Positions 53,136 to 61,329 are shown, counted from the stretch's first letter. The stretch is 64,000 nt of DNA from Thermoplasmata archaeon (GCA_046761045.1 JBHIFJ010000003.1:4835-68834); one strand, 5' to 3'. Notes: generated by a model not told the origin, from the letters alone. Numbers and translations are program-made.

Positions 53136-53809
53136 CTCTTGGCGCGTTGAGGATTGCGCAGAAGGATCTGAACATAGAACTGAGAACAAGGGAGAGGATG
53201 ACGTCCATGATTCTGCTGAGCCTAGTCATAGTCCTGTCCTTCAGGTTCGCCTTCTTCGGTTTCGATGTGGACCTCAGTGAAAGCCCTGAATTGGTGGCTC
53301 CCATTCTGTGGACGACGATATTCTTCGCGGGGGTCATGGGCCTGGAGTCCTCTTTCTCCTATGAGAAGGAAAACAAGTACCTTGATGGACTCCTTCTGCT
53401 TCCCACGAGCCGATATTCAATCTACCTGGGGAAGATGCTCTCCAACCTCTTGTTCCTGATTGCGATAGACATCGCGACGCTTATCTTCGTCGTCGCATTC
53501 TTCGCCTACGATCCTGGAGGCTCCTTCCTTGCCCTGTTCGGTGTCGTTCTCCTCGGGACCTTCAGCTTCGTCGCTATGGGCACTCTTGTCTCAGGTATGA
53601 CAATTAGCGCTAGGGCCCGCCAGGCTCTCCTCCAAATCGCGCTCATCCCGCTTATCGTCTTCACTATCGTAATCCCTGCCGTCGTGGCAACATCGAAGGT
53701 CGTGTTGGGAAGCGGCGACCTTGGGCCGGAACTCAGAATCTTGGGCGGGTTCGGGATACTAAGTCTGCTCCTTGCCTACGTCTTGTTTGGTTATCTTCTG
53801 GAGGGATAA
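53132..53809 (+). CDS. ccmB: Haem exporter membrane protein CcmB
   Basis: The 225-aa product has six TM helices and begins with the AQKDLNIELRTRE-type N-terminus typical of CcmB. Its start overlaps ccmA by 4 nt. Confidence 0.75.
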   Translation: MTLGALRIAQKDLNIELRTRERMTSMILLSLVIVLSFRFAFFGFDVDLSESPELVAPILWTTIFFAGVMGLESSFSYEKENKYLDGLLLLPTSRYSIYLGKMLSNLLFLIAIDIATLIFVVAFFAYDPGGSFLALFGVVLLGTFSFVAMGTLVSGMTISARARQALLQIALIPLIVFTIVIPAVVATSKVVLGSGDLGPELRILGGFGILSLLLAYVLFGYLLEG

Positions 53810-53810
53810 C

Positions 53811-54776
53811 ATGGAAAGAAGGAAGATGCTGGATCTTGTGATTGGGACTTTGGCCGTAGCTCTTGTGTGCGCGACCATCCTCGCGGCTTTCTACTACGCC
53901 CCACTTGAGCCCTTGGATGTATCTACCGTTAAATACAACGAATCAGACTACACAGACGGAGACATACGTGTGAAGGGAGTCGTTCAGAGCCTTTCCGGGA
54001 CTGACTTTTCCCTTAGGGATGTGACATCCAACGATACGCTGGACGTTTCCTATACTGGCTCGGACGACCTCGCCTCTCGGATTGCGAACGGAGACACTGT
54101 CTATGTCCTCGGAGAATATGAGCCAGGCGAAGGTCTGACAGTTAGGGAAGTGGAGATTGCGGATGACCCTGGCGAACCAGCAGGTTGGACATCGCCTTAC
54201 TCCGCGAAGATATTCTACCTTCACGTTCCTGCGGCGTGGACCTCATTCCTCGCCTTTGGCATCGTCCTCGTTGGCAGCGTAGTATATCTCTGGAGAGGTG
54301 ATCAGAAATGGGATATCTGGGCTCTTTCCTCGGCTGAAGTGGGACTGGTATTCTGCACGGTCGCTGTCATCTCTGGAGCCTTGTGGGCCAGGGCTGAGTG
54401 GGGCTACTACTGGAATTGGAGCGACACGAAGCTCTTTTCAACGTTTGTCCTATGGCTTGTGTTCATTGCGTACGTGGCCATAAGGAGCGGGGCGGTAAGG
54501 CATGAAAGCATACCACGGGTGGCCGCAATCTTCGGCATATTGGGATTCGCCGCTGTGCCCATATCATTCGTTTCATCAAGGATTTGGACAAGCATTCACC
54601 CCAATGTGATTGCCACATCTCAAGGCCATCTCTCTCCAGAAGCTGGGACGGTTCTGCTGCTGGGGGTTCTTGCCTTCACGTCCGTCTACGCGACACTTTT
54701 TTCTATGCGGACTGCAATAGAGAGGTCAGCGGTTGAGATTCAGAACCTAAAGGAGAAGTTGGAGGCGGGAGAATGA
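53811..54776 (+). CDS. ccmC: CcmC haem lyase/exporter with an OB-like insertion of about 90 aa in the first external loop
   Basis: The external His motif IFYLHVPAAW, the Trp-rich motif WGYYWNWSDTKL and a second external His (SIHPN) are present. The insertion lies between FYYAPLEP and the first His. Confidence 0.8.
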   Translation: MERRKMLDLVIGTLAVALVCATILAAFYYAPLEPLDVSTVKYNESDYTDGDIRVKGVVQSLSGTDFSLRDVTSNDTLDVSYTGSDDLASRIANGDTVYVLGEYEPGEGLTVREVEIADDPGEPAGWTSPYSAKIFYLHVPAAWTSFLAFGIVLVGSVVYLWRGDQKWDIWALSSAEVGLVFCTVAVISGALWARAEWGYYWNWSDTKLFSTFVLWLVFIAYVAIRSGAVRHESIPRVAAIFGILGFAAVPISFVSSRIWTSIHPNVIATSQGHLSPEAGTVLLLGVLAFTSVYATLFSMRTAIERSAVEIQNLKEKLEAGE

Positions 54777-54916
54777 TAGGCGTTGAGCAGTTCTACTGGG
54801 CCTACCTAATCATCTGGGCCGGAATCGTCCTCTATGTGCTATTTCTCACTCATAAGCAGAGCAAGATAGAGGAAGAGATCGACTTACTCAAGGAGGTCAT
54901 GGAAAGTGGAAAGTGA
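54773..54916 (+). CDS. ccmD: CcmD-like small membrane protein (47 aa)
   Basis: This ORF is too short for the ORF track. Its ATG overlaps the ccmC stop (ATGA). It encodes MIGVEQFYWAYLIIWAGIVLYVLFLTHKQSKIEEEIDLLKEVMESGK, a single TM helix plus a charged tail. It sits between ccmC and ccmE. Confidence 0.6.
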   Translation: MIGVEQFYWAYLIIWAGIVLYVLFLTHKQSKIEEEIDLLKEVMESGK

Positions 54917-55304
54917 GGAACCGGGGAAGCCGAAATATGGGGCCAAGAAGAAGCTGGTTCTCCAGATCGTCGCCGTCCTCGCGATTATTGTCGTCCTTGT
55001 CGTGATTTTCTTGAGTTCCGCGCCAGCTGACCCCTACGACACGGTAGGCATGGTGATGTCCAATCCATCGAAATACGTCAATGAGAATGTGGAAGTCAGA
55101 GGGAGAGTTGAGGCCTGGTCTCCTTCCTACAGAACATTCAACCTGACAGGGGACGGCGAAACAGTGGCTGTCAGCTATGACGTTCTTCCTGATGCATTCG
55201 CAAACGGGAAGGATGTCGTGGTCAAGGGCTTGTTTCACCACAATGGAATCACCTATCAGATAGATGCGAGCGATATCATAGTTGGGTGCTCATCGAGATA
55301 CTGA
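54906..55304 (+). CDS. ccmE: CcmE haem chaperone, archaeal variant with a C-x-x-x-Y haem-binding motif
   Basis: The product has an N-terminal TM anchor and an OB-fold body (VEVRGRVEAW...FNLTGDGETVAVSYDVLPDAFANGKDVVVKG). The C-terminal motif is VGCSSRY in place of HxxxY. The start is GTG. Confidence 0.8.
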   Translation: MESEEPGKPKYGAKKKLVLQIVAVLAIIVVLVVIFLSSAPADPYDTVGMVMSNPSKYVNENVEVRGRVEAWSPSYRTFNLTGDGETVAVSYDVLPDAFANGKDVVVKGLFHHNGITYQIDASDIIVGCSSRY

Positions 55305-55327
55305 GGATCACGGGATTGGGCGGTGGC

Positions 55328-55963
55328 ATGAGAAGAATCGCCTTGACTGCTGTTGTCCTTCTTGGATTGGGCCTGGTTCTCCTTCTCTCCCTTGACTTCT
55401 ACGTTGCTGAAACGGCCTCCGCTGCCGATTTCACGGTCATGGACATCGATGGCAACGATTTTACTCTCTCTGATAACAGGGGCAAGATCGTCCTTCTGGA
55501 GTTCATGACCATCGATTGCCCGTCATGCGCGGACCAGACGGAGAAACTCAAGCCTGTGAGGGAGAAGTATGACGAGACAGAAGTCATCATTATCTCATTG
55601 AGTGTCAGTCCCCTTGACAACGCCAGCACTCTGCAGGACTATCGAAACGCTCACCAAGCTGACTGGATGTTCGCGGCGGACGTCGAGGACGTCGCCTACT
55701 CCTATGGCGTTGACTCGGTGCCACATATGTGCATAATCAGCGGTGACGGCAGAATAGCATCCACCTATTCGGGCCCGCCCTTGGGTGCAGATGAGGTTTC
55801 CAGCAGAATCGACCAAGCGATTTTCTTGACAGACCCGGTGAGAACGATTGCCTTGCCCGTGCTCTCTCTCGGTCTGATATTGGCGGCGCTCTGCCTGCTC
55901 ATCTTTCTTGGCTACACGAAGAGGAGCATCATAAAGGAGCAACTGTTCGGCGGAGCCAAGTAA
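55328..55963 (+). CDS. Membrane-anchored thioredoxin-like protein (CcmG/TlpA/ResA-like)
   Basis: An N-terminal TM helix is followed by a thioredoxin fold with the active site CPSC (LLEFMTIDCPSCADQ). A C-terminal TM helix is also present. Confidence 0.75.
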   Translation: MRRIALTAVVLLGLGLVLLLSLDFYVAETASAADFTVMDIDGNDFTLSDNRGKIVLLEFMTIDCPSCADQTEKLKPVREKYDETEVIIISLSVSPLDNASTLQDYRNAHQADWMFAADVEDVAYSYGVDSVPHMCIISGDGRIASTYSGPPLGADEVSSRIDQAIFLTDPVRTIALPVLSLGLILAALCLLIFLGYTKRSIIKEQLFGGAK

Positions 55964-55964
55964 C

Positions 55965-56192
55965 CTACTTCTCCCGGGCTCGCTCGATTCCCTCATCCGG
56001 GTACTTGTAGAATCGGTACGTGATCACTGCGAACGCCAGGACTATGAAGGCCACCCCAATGAGAAGGATGCTCTCCTGGTACCTGCTGGCGAGTCCTCTA
56101 AGGATTCCGTACAGAAACGCACTTGCGCTCAACGCAAAGAGGACGACGATTAGAACCAGCATGACTGAAAACCTGGTCTCATCGATCTTCAT
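55965..56192 (-). CDS. Small two-helix membrane protein
   Basis: The 75-aa ORF is preceded by GGGAGGAGAGG directly upstream of its ATG. Confidence 0.45.
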   Translation of the reverse strand: MKIDETRFSVMLVLIVVLFALSASAFLYGILRGLASRYQESILLIGVAFIVLAFAVITYRFYKYPDEGIERAREK

Positions 56193-56279
56193 CGCCTCTC
56201 CTCCCTACTAGCGGTTTCCACCTCCAAGAACATCAGTTGCCTCTTCTGTCTTCCACCAAGCCTGTCAACGTTGTAGAAG

Positions 56280-56525
56280 ATGGTTGCGACTGAGTATACC
56301 AGCACTGCGGTTGCGCACAAGCTCATTCGCATCATCTACTCCATGATGATCGAGAGGAAGGAGTACGAGCATCTGACTGAGAGGAATGTTATGAAGAAGA
56401 AGCAGGCAATGAGGCGGAGGTCCTCCAAGGTGAGGGAACGGGATCTCTCCTCCACTATCGGGAACTTCACCCCGGAGGTCCTCGACAAGATTAAGAAGGA
56501 GGTTGCGTTATCTTCAATGGCATAA
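56280..56525 (+). pseudogene. C-terminal fragment of an IS110-family-like transposase
   Basis: The fragment ATEYTSTAVAHKLIRIIYSMMIERKEYEH resembles the conserved ..A(I/V)VA.ARKL..I(I/V)(Y/W).ML.. C-terminal helix of IS110-type transposases. An in-frame stop lies 2 codons upstream of its ATG, and no catalytic N-terminal part is present. Confidence 0.4.
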
Positions 56526-56729
56526 GGGTTTTTCAGAGGAGTGACAGGAGACACAGTCATCGTCTCTCGTGCCAAAGAAATCGTTGGACGCGTCCGTTCC
56601 TCCAATGCTGGGCTCGGTCTTCACATGGGCATAGGCCATCAAGAGGATGAATGCGGCAAGGCATGCGATGAGGAACCTCGTCCATGGGGTTCCTCTCATG
56701 CTTCTCAAGGACCTTGACATTCCACCCAT
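56514..56729 (-). pseudogene. Truncated membrane-anchored c-type cytochrome (NapC/NrfH-like N-terminus)
   Basis: The 71-aa product has a TM helix (WTRFLIACLAAFILLMAYA), then DDDCVSCHSSEKPLCH-stop. The ORF ends 10 residues after its only CxxCH motif and abuts the transposase fragment. Confidence 0.4.
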
Positions 56730-56779
56730 GAGTATAACGCCGCATTATGTCATAAAGGTTACCACGTGGGCGGGGAAGA

Positions 56780-58267
56780 CTAGCCCTTTCTCTGATCGAG
56801 TCTCTTCATTATTTCTATGGCCCGCTTCTTGTAATCCCCGACCAACTTCTCGTAGACGCTCTCAGAAACCTCTCCATCGTCCCTTTTCTTCTGAATTTCC
56901 TTTATCGCCCTCAGCAACTTCTGCTTTTCATCCTTGAGGGCCACTAGCTCTGGATCCTCGCCTGTTTCCTCCACTTCCTTCAGCTCCGATTCGTACTTGC
57001 CTTTCAGGTCTTCATAGAACTTCTCAGAAATGTGACCCGCAGAGAAGGCCGCTTCCGCCTCCTCAAGTGCCGCCAGTATCTCATCCCTCCTCGCCTCGCT
57101 AGGGCCATTGCCCTCATCCTCCTCACGTGTCTCCTTTCTTTTCTTCATCATCAGGGCAACGAGGAGGACGGTTACGACGAGCAGTGCAATCCCCGAGACT
57201 ACCAGCAGGGAGAGATTCTCCGCTTCCTCCCCCCACTCAATGATTACCTGCATACTTTCCCCTGCCTCAAGGGCTCCAACTATGACATGGAAGTCCACTT
57301 CACCTTGGTTGTGCTCCCAGTGCACGAAGTCCGCGGGAGGAGTTATATCTGTCCCCTCGTTTGTGAACAGCCACAGACTGTATTCTGTCACGTTGTATAG
57401 GACGGTCTTATTGAATATCATTGATTTTTTGATGTCACCCCTTGCCTCCAAGCTGAGGCGATATGGTATCTCAATGACCGTCTTGTACGGCGGCAGCCCC
57501 ACGACAAGCTTGAAGGATTTCGTCTCATACGCCTGCAATGTCGTGTTGTCGATTTCTGATCCGTTGTCATAGATGTGCGCGGTCCAATTCGTCGGTAGGC
57601 CTTTCACCGACAAGAAAATCGTCTGATTCCACGATTCTTCGTTTGTGACGTTTATCGTCTGGTTGGTCAATATCATCTCTGGAATCACGCTCTGAGACCG
57701 AATTCGTGTATCCATGCGTTCTTGGTCTGCCCACACCGTCACCCCGTGTCCCCCTTGAACCGAGGTCCTTGTCTCGTTTTCCAGCCCAACCGTGATGTTG
57801 ATCGGGATGGAATGCCAGGAGGAGCCGTTCGCGTTGGAGGCATTGAGCTGAAGAAACGCTTCCTGTCCGAAATAGGAGAGCATCTCTCCTTCGCTGAATG
57901 GGGTGAAGGAAATCACATCCTCATCAGATGCCAATCGGATAAACGAAAAGCATCTGAGATCTGATCCGTCAACCACTTTCACGACCATGCCCGCAGGATT
58001 CGGACACATCGACGAGAGCACAAGAGCCGATTGGGGCAGCCACGAATAGAGGGTTCCATTGAATGGTGAGTTTCCGCTGTTGTTGAAGTATATCCTTTCC
58101 GTTATTCCGAAGGTTGTGTAATCAGAGGCCTGTTCCATGTTGATTGCGTACACATCAGTCTCGAAGCCACGAGTTTCAACGCCGTTTGCCGTTGCATTAC
58201 TGATTGTGGGGAGGGCAAGAACGGAAGTGATGCATAGCAAGGCATAGAGAGGGGTCTTTCCTTTCAT
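56780..58267 (-). CDS. Sequon-rich surface protein with a TM anchor and a cytoplasmic tail carrying two SHOCT-like repeats; coupled to ccmF
   Basis: The product has a signal peptide, an ectodomain of about 340 aa with many N-x-S/T sequons, and a TM helix. The tail contains GHISEKFYEDLKGKYE and GEVSESVYEKLVGDYK. Its ATG overlaps the ccmF stop (ATGA). Confidence 0.6.
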   Translation of the reverse strand: MKGKTPLYALLCITSVLALPTISNATANGVETRGFETDVYAINMEQASDYTTFGITERIYFNNSGNSPFNGTLYSWLPQSALVLSSMCPNPAGMVVKVVDGSDLRCFSFIRLASDEDVISFTPFSEGEMLSYFGQEAFLQLNASNANGSSWHSIPINITVGLENETRTSVQGGHGVTVWADQERMDTRIRSQSVIPEMILTNQTINVTNEESWNQTIFLSVKGLPTNWTAHIYDNGSEIDNTTLQAYETKSFKLVVGLPPYKTVIEIPYRLSLEARGDIKKSMIFNKTVLYNVTEYSLWLFTNEGTDITPPADFVHWEHNQGEVDFHVIVGALEAGESMQVIIEWGEEAENLSLLVVSGIALLVVTVLLVALMMKKRKETREEDEGNGPSEARRDEILAALEEAEAAFSAGHISEKFYEDLKGKYESELKEVEETGEDPELVALKDEKQKLLRAIKEIQKKRDDGEVSESVYEKLVGDYKKRAIEIMKRLDQRKG

Positions 58268-60948
58268 TGGGCGTCCTCCAGCATTTGAATCTCTCTTTTC
58301 AGAGCCTCTTCATACTCCTCGTCCGTCCTCGGCGGCTTCTCACGTATTGTCACATCCTTCTCTCTCACTGGATAGAAGTCAGATACTGTTCGTGCGGATA
58401 TTCCGGTTGCCATTATCCAGACACCACTCCAGACGAGTCCAGTCAGCGGTATGAGTTCCACGCTGATCTGAATAGCACTAACGCTTGAACTTATGAACTT
58501 TTCGAAGTTGTTCCTTTCGGCATTCGCAAACACCCACCCATCATCAATCGTAAAGAAGCCGATGACGATGAAGTAGATGTCGATGGCATGTTCAGAGTGA
58601 ACGAACACCTCGGACATGTAGCGTCCGGTAGTGCCCACATCGAATTCCGACCATGTCATTCTTAGAACAGCTGAACCTATCGGACCGCTCGGGTCAGATA
58701 TTCTGAGACTCACTTCTACAGTCTCGTACAGAGGGTCTGTGTCCGAACTCACTCCGCTTGATCCTGCGATTTCGAATGTGTATCCCTCGTTCGTATCCAG
58801 GGTCCAGCCAGTGAATAGCTGCTCATTCTCGTAGGTCATTGGCAGGAATGTGCTTGCAGCATATCCAATGATAAGCAGAGCGGCCCCCAAATGTATGAGA
58901 TGAGCGCCTGCTGTCACCAAAGGCTTTCGCACTGTCCGTCTCCAAGATGATGATTCAGGGAAGTCATTGCGATTCCGCAGGGTGAGCGCAAGAGCAATCG
59001 CGGAGAGAACCAGGCCTGCCATGAATCCAATTGAGGCCAGACCAAGAACCCCACCCAGAAGGGCTAGACGGAAGTCCCCTCCCCTCAATGTGCTGATGCC
59101 AGCCACAAATGGCACAATCGAAGCCAGGAAGCCCATGAGAAGCATTGGGAGGCTTGTGTGAAAGCTCAACGGACCAAACCAGATCCTCGAGGGCCCGGAT
59201 CCCCACATGACCATTCCCAGGATGGATGAGAATATAAGCAACAATCCAGCGAGCTTCAGATTCTTGCTTGTACCCTTCTTCGAGGAAATCTTCGCTATCT
59301 TGTATCCTGCAGTTGCCAAGATTCCCAGTGAGACTGGAATGTAGACAAAGAAGTACCGATTGGCGAAGATGACGAATCCAAACACAGTCGTGGCGACAAT
59401 CAGACCGATAACATAGAACGAGAACCCCGGGCTCACGTGCCCCCAAGAGAGGCAAAGTATGAGGACAGCACCGAGGGGTATCAGAAGTAGTGGCAGACGC
59501 GACTCGAAACTCTCCGGCTTCAAGCCGTTTATGCCCTGCATCATGAGGAGAAAGGTCGCCACGAACCAGACCGAGAGAATCAGAACCGTGATTATCATCC
59601 ATGTGTCCATGGACAGAATAGGGGCCTTCTCTTCCTTGTTCCGTTCTGCGTCCGTCTCTGAGGTCATAACCACCCAGATGAACGGGCCGCCGATGAGCAA
59701 GAAGAGGAGAACTGCAATTCCGAGCAATATGTTGCCAAGACCTATCATCCTGGAAATCTCGAAGAAGGCTGAAAGGGTGTCCGTTACACGAAAGGCGATT
59801 GGTGCGAGCAGCAAGCCGAAGATGACCAGATAGGTGTAGCCAACGATTCTCGACCTCCCTCCCTTCCTTCTTGTTCTGAGAAATCGCCACAGGAAGAATA
59901 TCATTCCAATCAGCAGCGTGAAGAGCATTATGGAGATGAAGAAGGTGCTTTCCTGTGATGCATTGAGGACGAAGATCAGCTTGTCCGCAGGATCAAAGGG
60001 AATGCCCTCCGAGCCTCCAGCGAAGGCGTGGATAGAGTCCACGAAGCCGCTCCTTGTCTCGAAGGTTGTGAACAGCACAAGTGTGAAGCTGAGGATTCCG
60101 AGCAATGGGGCTAGATCCCTATACGATCCCTTTCTCCGGTTCCAGAACACCGCGTGCAAAAACGCCGTAAGCGAAATCCACGGAAGGAGGTTGGCGGTCT
60201 CCACAGGATCCCATCCCCAATACCCGCCCCAGCCCAGGACGATGTAAGCCCAAAGAGCACCGATGATGATGCCGAGAGTCATGAACAACCATGAGATGCG
60301 ACCGAACAAGAGCGCATCGAAGGTCCATCTCTCATCATCGGACGCGAGGAGGGCAATGGCCGCCGAAAATGGAATGCTGCAAAAAGCGTAGGCGGCGAAC
60401 TCGATGGGAGGATGGACGACCATGAGCGGTGTCACAAGAAGCGGATTCAGACCCCTTCCTTGTGGCCAACTGATCAGACTCGCTATGGATGTCGGTGCGA
60501 ACATCTCCAGTCTGAGTATGATGACAACAAACAGGACGAGGATGACCGCTTCCATCAAGAACATCCAATCCTGGAACCTGTCTGAGCTGCGTTTCTTTTT
60601 CGATCTCAGATTCCATGCGCTCACTTGAAGAAAGAGGAACAGAGCCAGGAAGAAGGTCCAGAGAAACACTGACCCTTTTCCTCCCGCCCAAACGCCTGCG
60701 AGCTTGTAGAACCATTCGTAGTCTGTTGATGAGTGAGAGTGCACGTATTCGATGGTCATGTCAGAGGACAGGAAGTCGTAGACCAGGAGGAAGAATGAGA
60801 AGGACACAAACAGGAAGGCGAGGAATGCCAGGATCCAAAGGACCTTCGCCTCTATTTCTAGGATTCCGAGCATCTTGAGGACCGTGAGGACCACGGCAAG
60901 AATCCCGACCGCAAAAGCCACCCACAGCAGAACATCGCCGACATGCAT
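58264..60948 (-). CDS. ccmF: Cytochrome c haem lyase CcmF (with CcmF_C-like extension)
   Basis: The 894-aa polytopic product carries the Trp-rich motif GWGGYWGWDPVE. The C-terminal region is soluble plus one TM helix. Confidence 0.85.
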   Translation of the reverse strand: MHVGDVLLWVAFAVGILAVVLTVLKMLGILEIEAKVLWILAFLAFLFVSFSFFLLVYDFLSSDMTIEYVHSHSSTDYEWFYKLAGVWAGGKGSVFLWTFFLALFLFLQVSAWNLRSKKKRSSDRFQDWMFLMEAVILVLFVVIILRLEMFAPTSIASLISWPQGRGLNPLLVTPLMVVHPPIEFAAYAFCSIPFSAAIALLASDDERWTFDALLFGRISWLFMTLGIIIGALWAYIVLGWGGYWGWDPVETANLLPWISLTAFLHAVFWNRRKGSYRDLAPLLGILSFTLVLFTTFETRSGFVDSIHAFAGGSEGIPFDPADKLIFVLNASQESTFFISIMLFTLLIGMIFFLWRFLRTRRKGGRSRIVGYTYLVIFGLLLAPIAFRVTDTLSAFFEISRMIGLGNILLGIAVLLFLLIGGPFIWVVMTSETDAERNKEEKAPILSMDTWMIITVLILSVWFVATFLLMMQGINGLKPESFESRLPLLLIPLGAVLILCLSWGHVSPGFSFYVIGLIVATTVFGFVIFANRYFFVYIPVSLGILATAGYKIAKISSKKGTSKNLKLAGLLLIFSSILGMVMWGSGPSRIWFGPLSFHTSLPMLLMGFLASIVPFVAGISTLRGGDFRLALLGGVLGLASIGFMAGLVLSAIALALTLRNRNDFPESSSWRRTVRKPLVTAGAHLIHLGAALLIIGYAASTFLPMTYENEQLFTGWTLDTNEGYTFEIAGSSGVSSDTDPLYETVEVSLRISDPSGPIGSAVLRMTWSEFDVGTTGRYMSEVFVHSEHAIDIYFIVIGFFTIDDGWVFANAERNNFEKFISSSVSAIQISVELIPLTGLVWSGVWIMATGISARTVSDFYPVREKDVTIREKPPRTDEEYEEALKREIQMLEDAQ

Positions 60949-61206
60949 TCGCTATCCTCGCATGTTTTCGGTACTTCCATCCTCTTCCATAACCCTCTCG
61001 ATTTTCCAGGACGCCGTTCCTTCCAAGCGAAGTTGAGCGTCTCCTGCGAGTTATACTTGGCGACTATTTTAACGTTGCGAGATTCTGGAATTTGCCCAGA
61101 GGGGGTCGATGATTGACTTGGGCCTGTCGCGGCTTCAGTCCTCTGGAGGGCTCGTCGTGTATCCTCATAAACCTTTTGATAGGTCTGTCATATTCCGCTT
61201 CTTAAT

Positions 61207-61329
61207 ATGCCAAAGAAGAAAGCCAAGGCAAAGAAGGTTCGATGCGCGGCGAAGACCAAGGCTGGTAAGAGATGCAAGAGATATGCATCGGGCAGGTCCA
61301 AATACTGCGCGGCTCACAAGAGGAAGTAA
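61207..61329 (+). CDS. Small basic CCCH zinc-knuckle protein (40 aa)
   Basis: This ORF is too short for the ORF track. It encodes MPKKKAKAKKVRCAAKTKAGKRCKRYASGRSKYCAAHKRK, with the pattern C-x9-C-x10-C-x2-H. An AT-rich box (CCTTTTGATA) lies about 35 nt upstream. Confidence 0.55.
   Translation: MPKKKAKAKKVRCAAKTKAGKRCKRYASGRSKYCAAHKRK

Noticed and set aside
58964-59890. A 308-aa reverse-strand ORF inside ccmF, with further long ORFs inside or antisense to real genes. Examples are 12579..13169, 16504..17073, 17930..18478, 26571..27194, 27906..28742, 41054..41734, 41728..42363 and 31763..32377.
   Set aside because: Each is out of frame with, or antisense to, an ORF carrying strong family motifs. 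Their products are Arg/Gly/His-rich with no hydrophobic or catalytic patterns.
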